DNA of 64,000 nucleotides from Puccinia triticina (Eukaryota): NCBI GenBank assembly GCA_026914245.1, contig CP110439.1, positions 3,596,001 to 3,660,000 of the forward strand, read 5' to 3'. Shown piece by piece: positions 22,847 to 36,199 of this stretch (position 1 is its first letter; each line of letters starts with the position of its first letter). The notes under the pieces were generated by a model. It saw only the letters and a program-made list of their open reading frames with translations, ran no database searches and was not told where the DNA came from. The position numbers and the translations under genes were made by a program.

Positions 22847-24671
22847 ATGAAGCATGCTAAGCCATTCACCCTCCCCCGAGGCAAGATCGATCCCGCTGAC
22901 GAAGACCACGATGCGAGCGCAATAGCATTCAAGGCTCCCTTACCCAAAGCGTCTGATATCCCCGCCGATCCATCCGCGGACTTTGTCCCTAATCCAACAT
23001 CGAAAATTGGGAGACGCCAATGGAAAGATGATAATGCCGACCCGTGGGAGTTCAACGCCTGGTCGGTTTGCTGTTTGAAATTTCCCATTTTCACATCACT
23101 TGACTGAAACGATGTACTAATCAGGCCAACAAAATAATCTAGGGATAACGTCGAATGGAACGAGGAACAACAAAAATTTGCGGAGGATGCCACCATGAAG
23201 CAAGCAGCTAATCCAGTCCCACATGATATGAAAGGTGTGCATTTTCATTAAACAAAGGCTTGTTCCTTTTCTGTTAGACAGAGACGTAAACTGAAAAATC
23301 ATTGAATTACACGATTATATAGTCAAGTTCAATGAAGCACCAGCCGAATTTTGGGAAACGTTTTACGCAACTCGGAAGGATACGTTTTTTAAAGATCGAG
23401 CATGGATGCGGAACGAGTTCCCGATTTTGGAACAGGCTGTTAGACCAGATGTATGTCACTGGCAACTTGCCAATTTATCCATTTTCGATGGCTCAAATAA
23501 GCGACTTGTTAAATAAATTCTCATTCGTATCACAAAAACCATCAACTTCTGGCTCCCAAGTATGGTCCTATCCGAATAGCTGAACTAGGATGTGGGGTCA
23601 GTTTCCGATCTCAGACATATGGTAGATGTGTTGAATTGATAGACAAATTAAGCCCAACTCTACTAACACCTAATTGTATCGATTAAGTACATACTAGCCG
23701 GGAAACACGGCTTTCCCAATCTTGGCTGCCAATCAGAACCCAGAGCTATTCCTCTATGCGCTGGATTATTCGGCGAAAGCAGTTGAACTCGTGAAGGTTG
23801 GTTGCTCTATCCTCATGAACACTATCCGCTCTTTGATGATTCATAAACAGTTTGGTTCCTTACGGGCTGATCAACACAGAAAAACCCTCTCTATGACCCC
23901 AAAAAATGTCTAGGAGCCGTATGGGACATGAGCTCGTCTGATATACCCGAGCAGATTACATCCCAATCGTTGGACGTGATTATTATGATTTTCTGCTTCA
24001 GCGCTTTACACCCTAAGGAGTGGTCACAAACCGTTCGTAACTTGTGGAAAGTTAGTATTGATTATTGTTTTTCCAGCATAGGTACCAACATTTGCTATCA
24101 TTTGCTGACATAATAAATCTACTCATGTAGATGCTCAAACCCGGGGGGAAATTACTGTTTCGTGATTATGGACGCTATGATCTCGCACAATTGAGGATGA
24201 AGGGATCTCGATTCCTGGAAGATAATCTATATGTCAGGGGAGACGGAACACGCGTTTACTTTTTTGACAAGGGTAGATGGCCTGATTTACCTTACTATAT
24301 GGATCGATTTTAACAGCGTGTGATTCCTTTCATACTTCTTAGATGAACTCGCCGAAATCATTTGTCAGGACATACAAGTAGACTCTCCCCCCAACTCTCA
24401 TGTTGAAGCCACCGAGACAAGCCCGCCCGAGTCGGCTCCGAATGAAATGAAGCAACCGAGCTGCAAGTTTGAACCGATCAAACTGGTCATCGATCGAAGG
24501 CTACTGCTGAACCGGGCTCGAAAGTTGAAAATGTATCGCATTTGGTTGCAGGTATGCATCTAATTCGTCTATCTTCCCCGTTTCTGTTGACCAGAAAATC
24601 GGTGCTTTTTTCGGTTCTGATAGGGCGAATTTTGGAAACCGCTCCGCATTGAATCACATACGCCTCTGTGA
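22847..24671 (+). CDS. TRM140: tRNA N3-methylcytidine methyltransferase (Trm140/Abp140/METTL2-6 family), multi-exon
   Basis: Spliced translation gives [23 protein letters not shown] motif [73 protein letters not shown] introns. Confidence 0.93.
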
Positions 24672-25610
24672 TTACATAGCAACTTGTCTAAAAACTGTTC
24701 AGTGTAGATTTTTCTGAATGAAGAGGCCCTGCCTGAGACTGAAGCCTAATTTACAAGGTTCTTCTCCCCCAAGTTTGGCTTGCAAATTGAGCCAAATACT
24801 TTGAAGCTATTCAAATCTTGGTTACCAAATCGGTATGGATTCATCATCATGGCGCATTCAACATTGGGTAATTATGTAACCTAGTGACGCTGGAAAACGC
24901 CTTGGGGCAGGCTTTGTCAAGCTAGGCACATGTCGTATTTTGCTGTTTGGTCGGACATAATACAAATTGCAAATTTCAATTGCAATCCGCCGTTCTTGTT
25001 TGCGCTTCTACCCTGTCCGGCTATGTCTCTGATTTGGATCTTTCATTTTTTTCTTTTAACATTACATTTTGGTTTTGGAGGCACACTCGCCCTCAATCTG
25101 TTTCTGATTTTTCCGGGAATGGCCTTCAATTATGGGTCCTCCATGTACGTCTCCATCATGTAGCTTCAAATGAAGCGATATCTTGTTAGAATCTTCATGT
25201 TACTTGAGTTTCATTTTGTTGCATTGCCATTTCCAAATTTCGTGATCACAGTGTTGCTACATATCGCAGACAAAAAATGGAAGGTAGTATTGGGTAGTAT
25301 GCCGGCAAATTCACACCACTTTATCCAACTATTGACATCGTAAATCTGGGGCACGTGGTACAGATTAGGGGGTTTTCGCGAAAAAGAATTTTCGCTTCGC
25401 GGGGCACAAAAGTTGGTTGACGCACTCGCTTAAAATATGGTCCTCATATATTGGCGAGCGCTCGAACTCTTTCCCCGGTAATAGTTATTGTGAAACCCGC
25501 CGCAGCATGTAGGTTGGATTTTCAAATGACACCAAATGATATTCCGAGCCGTGGGTTACTGTACAGAATCTTTTGCACTCAACACCATCTGAATCCTCGG
25601 AGCAATCAGG

Positions 25611-27350
25611 ATGTTTGGGCTTTTTGAACGACCTCGATGGACAGCCGATCAGATCCCAGATCTCCATGGTGAGTTGAACATTTTTTTCTTGACTGGCGTA
25701 AGTAACATGGGCGCCTGGTATGTGCTACGATGCTCATGAGTGTCTGCCATCATCTCGTTCACCAAAGGCCGAGTTGCGATTGTGACAGGTAAAAAATTCA
25801 TTCCGAAATTGACCATGAGACATCCAGTCGAGTGTACTGACTGTCTTGCTCTTGCCATTCATCATAGGGGCGAATAGCGGCATAGGCTACGTCACTGCGT
25901 TAGAGCTCGTTCGCCACGGTGCAAAGACCTAGTAAGCGAAATATCTCAACATTCTCAAGCACACGTTTACAAAGGAACCTAACAAGCCGATTTCTGGCCG
26001 CAAGTCTGGCATGTCGAGACGCCACTCGAGCTAAAAGTGCGATCGAAAAGATCAAGGCGATTGTACCAGACTCTGACCCTCAATTTTTAAAGTTGGACAT
26101 CACCTCACTCAACTCTGCTCATTCGGCAGCTCAAGAGTTCCTCAAGCTGGAAAAAAGGCTCGATATTCTGGTCAATAATGCTGGAGTAGTCTGAGTTGAT
26201 TTGTTTTCTTTCTTGATCTGAACCCACCAGTACATTATCATGGCGGCAACAATCGTTTTGTGTTTCTGACTATTTTTTCTGCTGACGGTTATCTAGGCAT
26301 TTGCCCCATATCAGTTGAGCGAAGATGGCATCGAAATCCATGCCTGCAATGCCACAGGTCACTTTGCATTCACGATCCCTCTACTCAATCTGCTTGAAAA
26401 GACGTCGCAAGAACCTGGTTCGCACGTACGAATTGTGAATGTCTCCAGTAATGCCCATTCTTGGGTATGGGGTACCCCAGATTTCTCGTCGCTAAAAAAT
26501 TTGAATGAGCACTGTTTCGGAATGATGGATAGGTATGGCTTAAGCAAATTAATGGCAAGTTCATCTCATCAGGTTATGACATCAAAGCCCGCCAAAACTC
26601 TCAGCTCCCCTTGACTAAAATAAAAATTGACTAGCAAGAGCTGCTTCCCTGGGTCTGCTTTAAAGAACATTCTTTTTACCAACGAGTTGCAAAAAAGGCT
26701 CAACCACACAAAAATCATTTGTACATCGGCTGTAAGACCTCAACTTGTCGCTACCAAAACACCTTGATGCTGATCACTTCTGAAATAAAACTTCAAAGCA
26801 TCCCGGTGGAGTAAATACTAACATCGTAACGGGTAAGCAGACATAGGAGGTGAATTTTGAATGGGTGTCGACTGAATTCATTGCGTATTTATGCATATTG
26901 GAATATAGGCATATGGGTAGAGCAGTACCCCATCTTGAAAGTTTTTGATGTAAGCTACCGTATCGTTGTCATCCTATACAATTTTGAGAGACATAGACTG
27001 TTGTGATCTCATGAAGTGTGACCTTGTTTTTTTAGTGGGTTAAAAGCTGGCTTTTATTAACTCCGGAGGATGGAGCCATCAATTTACTGTACGGCGCTAC
27101 AGACTCGGAAGTGGAGACCAAGGATTTGAGGTGAGGGGCTTTTTACTTGGAAGCTCCGCTGTGAGTTAGCGATAAACGTATATTGCCCAATCTCACTTGC
27201 CGGTGTATTTTTTTTAGGTCTGCTTACCTCTGCCCGTTCGTGAAGGTAACAAAGACCTCGAGGCTCGCCCAAGACCCCGAGGGAATCCTTGGAAAGCAAT
27301 TTTGGAACTTCTGCGAGGCACTCGTTAAAGAAAAGGTCAAGGTGAACTAG
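25611..27350 (+). CDS. Short-chain dehydrogenase/reductase (retinol dehydrogenase/WWOX-like), multi-exon
   Basis: IPDLHGRVAIVTG|ANSGIG (TGxxxGxG), LDILVNNAG, RIVNVSS, catalytic YGLSK, HPGGVNT; ends FWNFCEALVKEKVKVN*. One GC-AG intron at 26555-26665. Confidence 0.92.
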
Positions 27351-28706
27351 ATAATTTCAAAATCCTCCGGAGGTTTTGGCTGTAAAACTTGCAGAACCAT
27401 CTTGTGGAGATCTTCAATTACATCCGCGTGAGCTTTTCGAAATGTGTAGAAAGCGGACACCCTGGTCATTTTGAATTCGAATTTCATTGCGGCATTTTAC
27501 ATACTGTGATTGAAAGCTACAATTTTCTGTGTGCTTCCGAACGAGATCTTGAAATAAAATGTTCATTCCTTCCTGGGATTCACTGAGGAAAAATGCTTGA
27601 AGCCTTTCGTAACAAGGTCTCTAGCATGGTTCCTCCGGTGCACTGCGAAAAAAAAGAGAACTTTGGTCCAAGGGATTTTTTGATAGCGAGTGAAACCCAA
27701 CCCAGTGACCCATCCCATCGCTCACGCTCATCGAAATCCTCCCTTATGAAGTCCTGTGTCTATCCATTTGGAAACTGATATAGCGTACTAGCTTTCTAGG
27801 ACCACTTACATAATGCATTTGAGAGCTTTTTTTAGGCTACCAAATCATTACGCATCCGGTCATCTGTACAAATGGCTGTACAGGATGCAAAATGGCTTCC
27901 GGGGCCCAACCGGAGCCGCTTTGACCTGCTCGCTCTCAAGCTGGCGAGAACGGGGCACTTCAACCATCATGATGGCACTGGATCCTAGAAAGCGAGAAGA
28001 TTTCCATGATCTAACTCTCAACCTCTGAAACTCAAATTTGTAGGAGGTGCAATTTTACTCCCCAATATGACTGTAGCCACACCGGGTTCAACACAGGACT
28101 GAGGATGGGGAGGCGTACAAAAATGGTGTTGGGAAGTGCTGTATTTCTTCTGCAGTCAATGAACTTTCTATTCGAGAGAACACCAATCTTACTGCTTGCC
28201 CCTTAGCAACCATTGAAAACAACTTCAGATCGACTATTGTATCTACCATCGAATACTTGCAGACTTTTTCCTTATCGCTAAACGGCTACTCAACAGCTTG
28301 AATATGTGGATACAACGGATTGAAGGGAGGAAAACAAAATAGGTTGGGACTAATGAAAGAAATGAGTAGGGTGAGTGAGAAAAGAACAAGACTGTTTGAT
28401 GAAAAGAGGATAGTGCGGATGACAAGAGAAGAGTGAGAGGATTCAACGAAAACAGAAGGGCATTGTGATTGCCAAAAGTCTAGAAGTCGACGGAAAGGGC
28501 CGTCCAAAGCCAAGGAGGGTGGCTGAACTCTGAAATGATCGGAGATTTGTCCTGAGAAATAAAAGCTAATCAGGACTTCATTCAGACTAGCCTGTTCAAT
28601 GAAACGTAAGACTTACAGGTTCGCTTGGACACCTTTTGTGGGGTGCTGCTTGACCATTTTTTTGCCCCTGAGTCGGTTTTGGACGGTTTGGGTGGTTTCT
28701 GGGAAG

Positions 28707-31448
28707 CTACAAGTGCTTGAGGTACCGTTGCTCAGGACCCCTCGGATAGAAAACTGGGCTCAATTGTTTGATCCATCGTTTTGTACTTAAGTCTAGATCA
28801 GGTTCATCGTCAAGTTTCATCAAGTCATTTGGTACCGCCTTGAGCAACTGCTGTAGCGCGAAGCGCATCTCAGACGTAAGACAAGCAATATCATTCAGAC
28901 CAAGAAACTGGTAAGAAACTCTTTCGATGTCATCGGAGTCTAACGGCGTTTTCCATTCTGAAGCCTTATGAGAGGAGGTTCTCAAGTCGAATAACAAGAC
29001 AAGATAAGGGTTGTTGATGCCTCGAATGTTGGCACTACTTTTTGACCATTTATGACTATCATCCCAGGCAGTGTATCCTTCCACATTTTTTGTTTGAATA
29101 CCGCAAAACGTGATGTTTTCGAGGTCTAGTTTTGGAGATTGGGATTTGCGGGCGAGATAAATCGGGAAAAGCTCGTCCAACCCATTTTGACTAGGCTTAC
29201 ATTGGACCGCAACACCTCGGTACAGAAACTCCAAGAAGTCACTGGCGCTGGGCGTGTATGAAATCCGGGTAAAGTGGTTGAAAAATACCCGTCCTTCTTT
29301 TAAGAGTCTTTCTTTGTGGCCTTTCGCGATACAGCCAAAATCCACGGTATATGGGTCTTTGCCGGTCAAGGTTTCGAGGAAATCTGCCAATCGCACTGAA
29401 TATCCATTGGGGATCGAATCGGTTCTGTTACAAGGAATTGCCTTGGTTTTCTGCATAGCGCGTATCAATATCAATCTGGTCGCCGTTTCTCCGACGTCTC
29501 CGACGTGAACGTGTCCTTTGTTTACTGCAACAGCAAGAAGATTGATGCACTTGATCCAATGCGTCTCGTTGGATGCGAGAATTCTGTTAGCCGCTAATGC
29601 GTATACGAACTGCGGGGGATAGTCGCTGACAACCATTTCTCGAGCCGAGTCGATAAACATACAATGCGCCGCGTGACTCGCGACGAGTTCCGTGTTCATG
29701 GGCGAATACGAGGACACCCGGGTCTGTATCACAGAGCCCAATATGGCGAAGTACTGCGAGGGGGACAATTTCATTGCTTCGGTAGAAACCGCTCCAGAAC
29801 TACACACTAATTTTGCCTCTGCAATACTCGAGATGTATTCGACGACAGTACCTGGCTGATCTTTCATTATACCTTCCATGTAACCCTTGAAATACAACCC
29901 ATAAAATGGGGAGCCATAGCTGAAGAGCCGTTCCGCCGATAGCAACTCATCCCATGAGCTCGGTGCTTTCGGGACAAAGACATCAATTGATGAGATTTGG
30001 TAGATCGGTGGAAATAATTCGACGCCTAAACCGAGGTACCGTAAGCTGGGGTCTCGGGTTAGCGCCGGATTAAAGTTAGCAACCCGCGAGGTTGTATCGG
30101 TGACGAGGCCAAAGAACCCCGTTTTGACAGGTATGTGCGATAAAACTCGACGGAATATGCGAAAGTATGGGATTCGGAGTTTTTCGTCGATCTGATTGAC
30201 TAGGTTGCCGGCCTCGTCTATCGCCAAGAGCATCTTGAGCCCTCCGACTCCTTCGAATCCGACACTTTGACTCATCCTCATAGCCGCAGCGCCGAGGAAT
30301 TGTATCGGCTGCATGCCGTTTGCCTCTATGCTCTTCATTTCTTTTTCGACATTGGCGTTGTATTCAGCCTTCGGAATCTTGTCCAGTTGGAAACTGTAAT
30401 CAAACCACGCAGCTAGTCGATCTTTCAAGCTTCTAGCCCCTATATCTGGCCTTGAAAAGAATTCAGAGGCGGTGTTCAAAATTGCAGCCAACAAGTAAGA
30501 ATAGTGCGTCTCCAGATCCTGCCCCGCTTTCAAATCGGGGAAGAAGTGCTTGGCAAGTTCGGACCGAGGAGGCTGGCCAGTGGAGCCGGGAGGTCGGAGA
30601 CAGATATAGGCCACGCAGACGTGCTTAGCTAGCTCCTTGAGTAATCGAGTTTTGCCGCTCATGGTGGGGCCGATAATCAAAGTATAAGGTGCCTTGTATT
30701 TATCTCTTTTCCATTGCCCTGCAAACCTTTGTAATTTCTCAAGGGTTGGAGCAACAATCACATCGTGTCTCTGATATTCGGCATCGAAACCTCGCCGGAC
30801 TATATCGGCAGCCCACTGGATTGAGTCAACCGGCTTGAGTTCATTTGCTGCGGAAGCGGTGGAACCGTCAAGTGCAGCAAGCATCTGATCTTCTGTCATA
30901 GTGGAAGCGTCGACATCGGGGAATCGGACAAAGTGAGCCCGCCGGATCAGGGTATTGATTTTGTCTCTATCTGCTTCATCGGTGAGTTCAAGCTCCTCCT
31001 TGAGGTGGTCCAGGGATCCTTTTCTGCCCTGAGTAAAATGCCGCCATTCGTAGCTGACACTTCCTTGGTTTTGAGTGCTCAGGTCCGAGGAGCGAAAAAC
31101 ACTGGCTAGTTGGTTGTTGTGTTCTCGCACCTTTTCCACTTCAGATTGGTTGGAATTATCAAAGATGCAAGAAGATCAGTTGATGTTCTGTAGCTCGGAA
31201 TCAACCAAGGAGATTCACTCACATCCAGCAGTGTCGAGAAGTTTACCAAACAGCTGGGCTGCGTCCTTATGCCCGGCGTGGAGATCCAAAAAGCGATTGC
31301 GTTCGGCAAGTTCTGGCGAGTCGGGTGTGGTATGAGTAGCTTCAGATTTCTTTCGGAACTGCTCAAAGGTTCAAGATAGAGATGTTGCAGGATTCACTTT
31401 GCGAGCAGGGGCACCTAAAAAGCCAAGATGGAATGTTGCTGAGGCCAT
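28707..31448 (-). CDS. P-loop NTPase with putative C-terminal PD-(D/E)XK nuclease (Crinkler-like architecture); first exon has a TGA, possibly pseudogene
   Basis: 810-codon exon with Walker A GPTMSGKT, Walker B LLAIDEA and GLDELF...GIQTKN. Upstream exon from ATG 31448 is joined by a GTGAGT..AAG intron (~31222-31139) and contains TGA at 31373-31371. Confidence 0.75.
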
Positions 31449-31762
31449 TCGGAGGGGGCACCGACTGAGCTCGGAATAAGTGCGTATGATGGGGGAGGGA
31501 GATCTGCTTTTAGTTGTGCAGACATGTTTAACGGTTGCAAGAGTATGTGTGCGTAGAACGCTGAGAGGAAATCCTGCTGATGCCATGGGGAGGGGGCAGA
31601 GTGTATCGGAAAGTGGACTGAGCTGGGAGGAAGAGGGTAAGATGGGAGCGAAAGGGTGACTGGTGTTGTCTTTGGAATGTCGAAAGCTTGGACTTGATTT
31701 CGAGCTTGCTGTGCAGAATCATGCATGGGGTTGTGCAGAATCATGCATGGGGTTGTACAGCT

Positions 31763-33448
31763 CGAACTCAACAAAGTCCCTCGAGACTTCGGGCCCCCGG
31801 GGGGTAGGCTGAACTCGCGAAGCGAGCCTCCGTCAGGAGGGACTTATACCGTACCTCCCCATTCTGGCGGACGCAGAATGGGTTTTTCACCCCTCTTTTC
31901 TCTTTTGCCCTTGTACCTCACTCATTACACGATAAGCTTTTGTTTTTTTTTGCTTAAGATCAGCCCAACATGCAAGCGCTGAGACTTGTATTTTTTTTCT
32001 TCTTTATGTACTCATACAAGTATGTCCTGAAAAATTAAACAAGACAAATCAACCTCATCACTGTTACCGAGTCTATAACCCAGATCTGCAGAAATTAATC
32101 ACGAAATGAGAGCACGGACTCTCTGGTTAATACATAGCGTGTTTGGCACACAGCTACCTGGAGGACCGTGCTCGCTAATAGTGACTAGGTAGCTCGTAGC
32201 AGGTTTGGCTGATAGTAAACCACCAAAAGTATGTATACTTGTCTTTTACCGGAAGTTTAACGGTACTGAGAGCTTTTGCGATACAGGAGCTACGCCTCAA
32301 AGATCTAACACGTGTCTCAGGATTGCCTCATAGAGTGGACAATCATCGCCGTCATGTCCGACAGCGAATCCGTTTCAAATGTTGCTGAAGAGAGGACCCC
32401 GGAAAGCCCCGAACAAGCCGCCTCATGTAAATTTTGCCAATTCCGGGTTTTGTATACGTGGGAAAATTGGGTTTTTCCCACTTGGACCCAGTTTGGATAC
32501 GTAGTACATGAGGAGGATTTTATGGGAGAAAGGCCCACCGGGGCAAAATTAGACAAAAAAAAAAACTTTTTCGGCTGGGAATTGAACCCAAGACCTAAAT
32601 AATTGGTTTTTCTTTCCATGCAAGCCCAAAATATACCAATTACATTAGGAACATCTTGGAAAAAAAAAACAATTTAGATACATATTTGCTGATTTACATG
32701 AGGAGCATTTTGCAAAAAAATGTCCCCCGGATACGTGTTACATGAGGCGGCTTGGTAGGGGCTCTCCGGGGTCCTCTGAAGAGCATAGGCCAACGAGTCA
32801 TGAACCCAATCCATGGCCGGCTCCTTCAAACGGAAAAAAGACAGCCCTCACTCTTCCCATTCTGATGTTTGGAATGTAGCTCTGGAGGAATAGCGTTGGG
32901 ATTTGGTACTGGTTCACTCATGGCGGGAAATGGTCAACTCGGTATTTTTGGTGGGGATTGGTGTTGCCGGTTTGTTGAGAGTGATCGATGTTGCCGGCTT
33001 GTTGAGAGTGATTGGATGGATGAACTTTCTATGTACGTATATACGCGGGTTTAGTCCTTTAATGTGATCATGAAAATTAACTGTAAGTCGAAAAAAAAAC
33101 TATATGTCCAAGTCATTGAGCACGGACCTCTTCTGTTACTCGGCTTCAGTAAAATCCAAGTTTTTATTTACTTTGATAATTTATTTCTCTGTGAAGGAAT
33201 TGTGTGACTTAACTCAGATTGTATCCAATGACAGGCAAGAAGCAAGGCTATGTGCCAAGCAAATTTTCAAAGTATAATGTTGAGAGGGCAACAAACTGTG
33301 ATGGTTTGAATAAACCACCCAGCCAAACCCAGATTCTAGGCTCTGCAAAAGGGGGTGATAGCGCGCAAGTCCCTCCTGCCGAGGGCTGTCGGAGGCTTGC
33401 TTTGCAAGACCAGACGCCCGCAGCAGCAAGGGACTTGGGTTAAGTTTG
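31763..33448. mobile_element. Non-autonomous AcademH-type element
   Basis: TIR CGAACTCAACAAAGTCCCT...AGGGACTTGGGTTAAGTTTG; perfect 9-bp TSD TGTACAGCT. Confidence 0.85.
32392..32776. mobile_element. MITE, unclassified (6-bp TSD TGAAGA, or 4-bp GAAG with 1-bp longer TIR)
   Basis: TIR GAGGACCCCGGA..CAAGCCGCCTCATGTAA / TTACATGAGGCGGCTTG..TCCGGGGTCCTC. Confidence 0.82.
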
Positions 33449-33549
33449 TGTACAGCTACACCACGGACGCACTTCCTTGCGTCTTTTCCGAACGCCGTTC
33501 GAAGTGACGGAAAATTATTGAAAAAAATTTGAAGTGGCCCCACTCGTTG

Positions 33550-34282
33550 CTGACTTAACTACATAAATACCGGGACTGGGGGTGCGGAGCACCCCGATGC
33601 GAAGCATCTCCCATTCCCAATGGGAGGCTTACAGCAAGGCCAGGAAAGCTTGCGGGTCCGGTAGCCTGAAAATCGACCAAACAACTTTTGTATGAGTTAT
33701 CGGCTTTTTTCCGCGTGAGAGCTTCAGGAAATTTGTGGTTTTTGGCCAACTTTTTGAATCAAATTTACATTACACAGCGCGCACTCATTGTGAGTCAGCG
33801 AGCTGAAGTACACGGGATAGCTGAGCATCTCAGCTTCAATGTAGTGTCACTTTTGTGATATCTACACTTGAAGGAGAGTGTTGCCCTTGCTCAGCAGTCA
33901 AGGTGGATGGATGATGGAGTTCTGTATTTCAATTGAGTCCAAATGGATCTTCTCGGAATTTGCATACATACACACTTCTGGCCGAACACAAAAAATCACA
34001 AACTTCAAAGGGGGATGGAAGGAGTTTGTGAAGGGGGAAAAAGTGGTGATTGACACCAAAAGAAAGAGAAAAATCAGGTCTTTAATCTGGCACCACAGGC
34101 AAAAGGAATACACAAGGAGAAGACCCCTGAAAGGGGAGCGGGAAAAAACTCCCACCAGAACACTGAAAGCTCTCAAGCCAAATTCTTGGCTTTACCTGCA
34201 AGTCCCTCCTTTGGAGGTTGCGCTTTGCGCCAGCCCAGGCTGTACCAGGGCCCTCTGAAGCGAGGGACTTCTGATAAGTCAG
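33550..34282. mobile_element. Probable older AcademH-type derivative
   Basis: Ends CTGACTTA...TAAGTCAG; AAGTCCCTC..GAGGGACTT hairpin at 34200-34270; degenerate flanking repeat ACTCGTTG/ACTTGTTG. Confidence 0.55.
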
Positions 34283-34712
34283 ACTTGTTGGGATTTTGAA
34301 TACTCCTCGATTTTTTTTCCTAATATTTGGGAAATAATTCAAGGAATAATCGAGTGGAAACTCAATCCGGCAAATATCCGGGATATCCGCGGGAGTTGCC
34401 GGAGAAACTCCAGTGAAAACCTTATTTGACTGCCATTCAAATATCATTTGATTGCCCTCCGAACCGCTTTCGAGGTCATTTCAATTTCACTTTGACTATC
34501 ATCCTCAGCCACCGACAATCAAACAGAATTTGAACATCACCACCAAGATTGAGATGCACCTGAGGTCCAGATTGACATTGGGCCGCCGGAGTAGTGGACC
34601 TTATAAATATCATCTGCTCACCTCCCTCCCTCCCTCCCACTCTCTCCCTCCCACTCTCTCCCTCCCACTCTCTCCCTCCCACTCTCTCCCTCCCTCCCTC
34701 TCTCTCCCTCCC

Positions 34713-35425
34713 CGAGCTTAACAAAGCCTCCCAGTGAGGCAGCCCCGCAGGGTCTCTGTCTCACAGAGAGGCTTAGCTGCAAAAACCTGTATCTGGCCTG
34801 AGAGCCCCAGGAATATCAGCCTGTGTCAGGCTTTTTTCACTTTTTCCTTTTTTGTAACTCAACTGTCAGCCCGCTGGGGCTGCCCCTCAGGACTTAAGAA
34901 GTGCTTGGGAGTGCGCTTTTTCTGATGCAATTTAGGCCTTGTAGCTGCCAATATAAGGCCTGATCCTTGCGTTTGAAGTTTTCAAACACCGAGAAAAGCG
35001 GACCATATTGAGAGAATTTTTTTTCGTAAATACATGTGGCTTTGTATCAAAATCTGTTTCAATCTATTGAAAGGCAGTTGAATACTGCATTCTTGCTTAC
35101 ATCAGCAGGAATGCGTCTCAAAAAGAGGCCCTTTTCAAACTGCTCTCCAGGCCATGAACCAAGTGCTATCAGCCTGTGACTGCCGCCAAATTAAAGAGGA
35201 GAAGCAGGCCTTTCTTTGATATCCGGGGCGGGACTCAGTCCTTTTGGGAAGTGGGGTTTTTGGGGGCACAAAGTTGGACACCTGCAAAAACTAAGAGCTG
35301 TATGCGGGGCTCTCACGCCAGGAATCAGGGATTCCATGCAAGTCCCTCCCTGACGGGAGGTCGCACTTTGTGCGAGGCGCTTCGCGCCGCGCCCCCCGGC
35401 AGGCGAGGGACTTGTGCTAAGTTCG
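34713..35425. mobile_element. Non-autonomous AcademH-type element (inverted relative of 16466-17602)
   Basis: Ends CGAGCTTAAC...CTAAGTTCG; perfect 9-bp TSD CTCCCTCCC, inserted at the edge of a CT-rich tract (34620-34712). Confidence 0.85.
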
Positions 35426-36199
35426 CTCCCTCCCTTGCTCTCTCTCAAGCTCGCTCTGTCTATTTCTTGCTCCTATTGCCTGTTATGTTTATCTTATACA
35501 CCTGTCCAAAAAGCTATTATACACGCAATGTCATTACCAAGTGCTTGATATGGGGCTCTGAGCCATTTGAATGCTAGCAAGGAGAACGGGCAAAATGCGC
35601 AGGGGGGAGGGTCGGGGGCAAGGGATCAATTGCCCTGGTCTGCTTCCCAGTCCGCTCGAATTCATTTTGAACTGAGAGCACTTTCCAAGGTACTTTCGAG
35701 TTTCAATTGGCTTTGCTTCAATTGAAACTCCAAGGTATCCCAAAGACAACAATCAAATATAAATCAAACACCTCTGAGTTTGAATTATATTCGAATGTAA
35801 TTCAAAAAATAATTGAAGAGACTTTGTGTTTTGTTCAAAGTCTCCACCTGATCAATATTCGAAGTCATGGGCCCATCGGATTACATCCGATGGGTGTTCA
35901 AAAGGACTTCAAACACTCAGTTTGAACTCACTTGGTCAGATAGTTTGACAAAGTTGGCGACGTCCCTTCTTGCTGGCGGGGAGTTTGAACAATCTTTGAT
36001 TGAACTTTGGAAGGCTTTCGATCTTTTGTGTCCGTGGTGTAGCCCACAAGAGCTTGCAACATGGGCCGCAAGCTCAGGAAGCTTGTGCCGCAGTGGCAAA
36101 AGGTTTACGCAGCTGTAAAGGACCGTGCACGCGGGCTGTGCTCGGGGAGTCACGGGGGAGCCCGCAGGTATCGGCACCGATCCCCTGCCACCCACCGCC

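Larger units (their letters stand above)
33459..36039. mobile_element. Non-autonomous TIR element with CACCACGGAC ends and TA flanks (CACTA/EnSpm-like), hosting nested insertions
   Basis: TA|CACCACGGAC...GTCCGTGGTG|TA. Related ends at 44479-44501 and 57296-57318. Confidence 0.6.
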
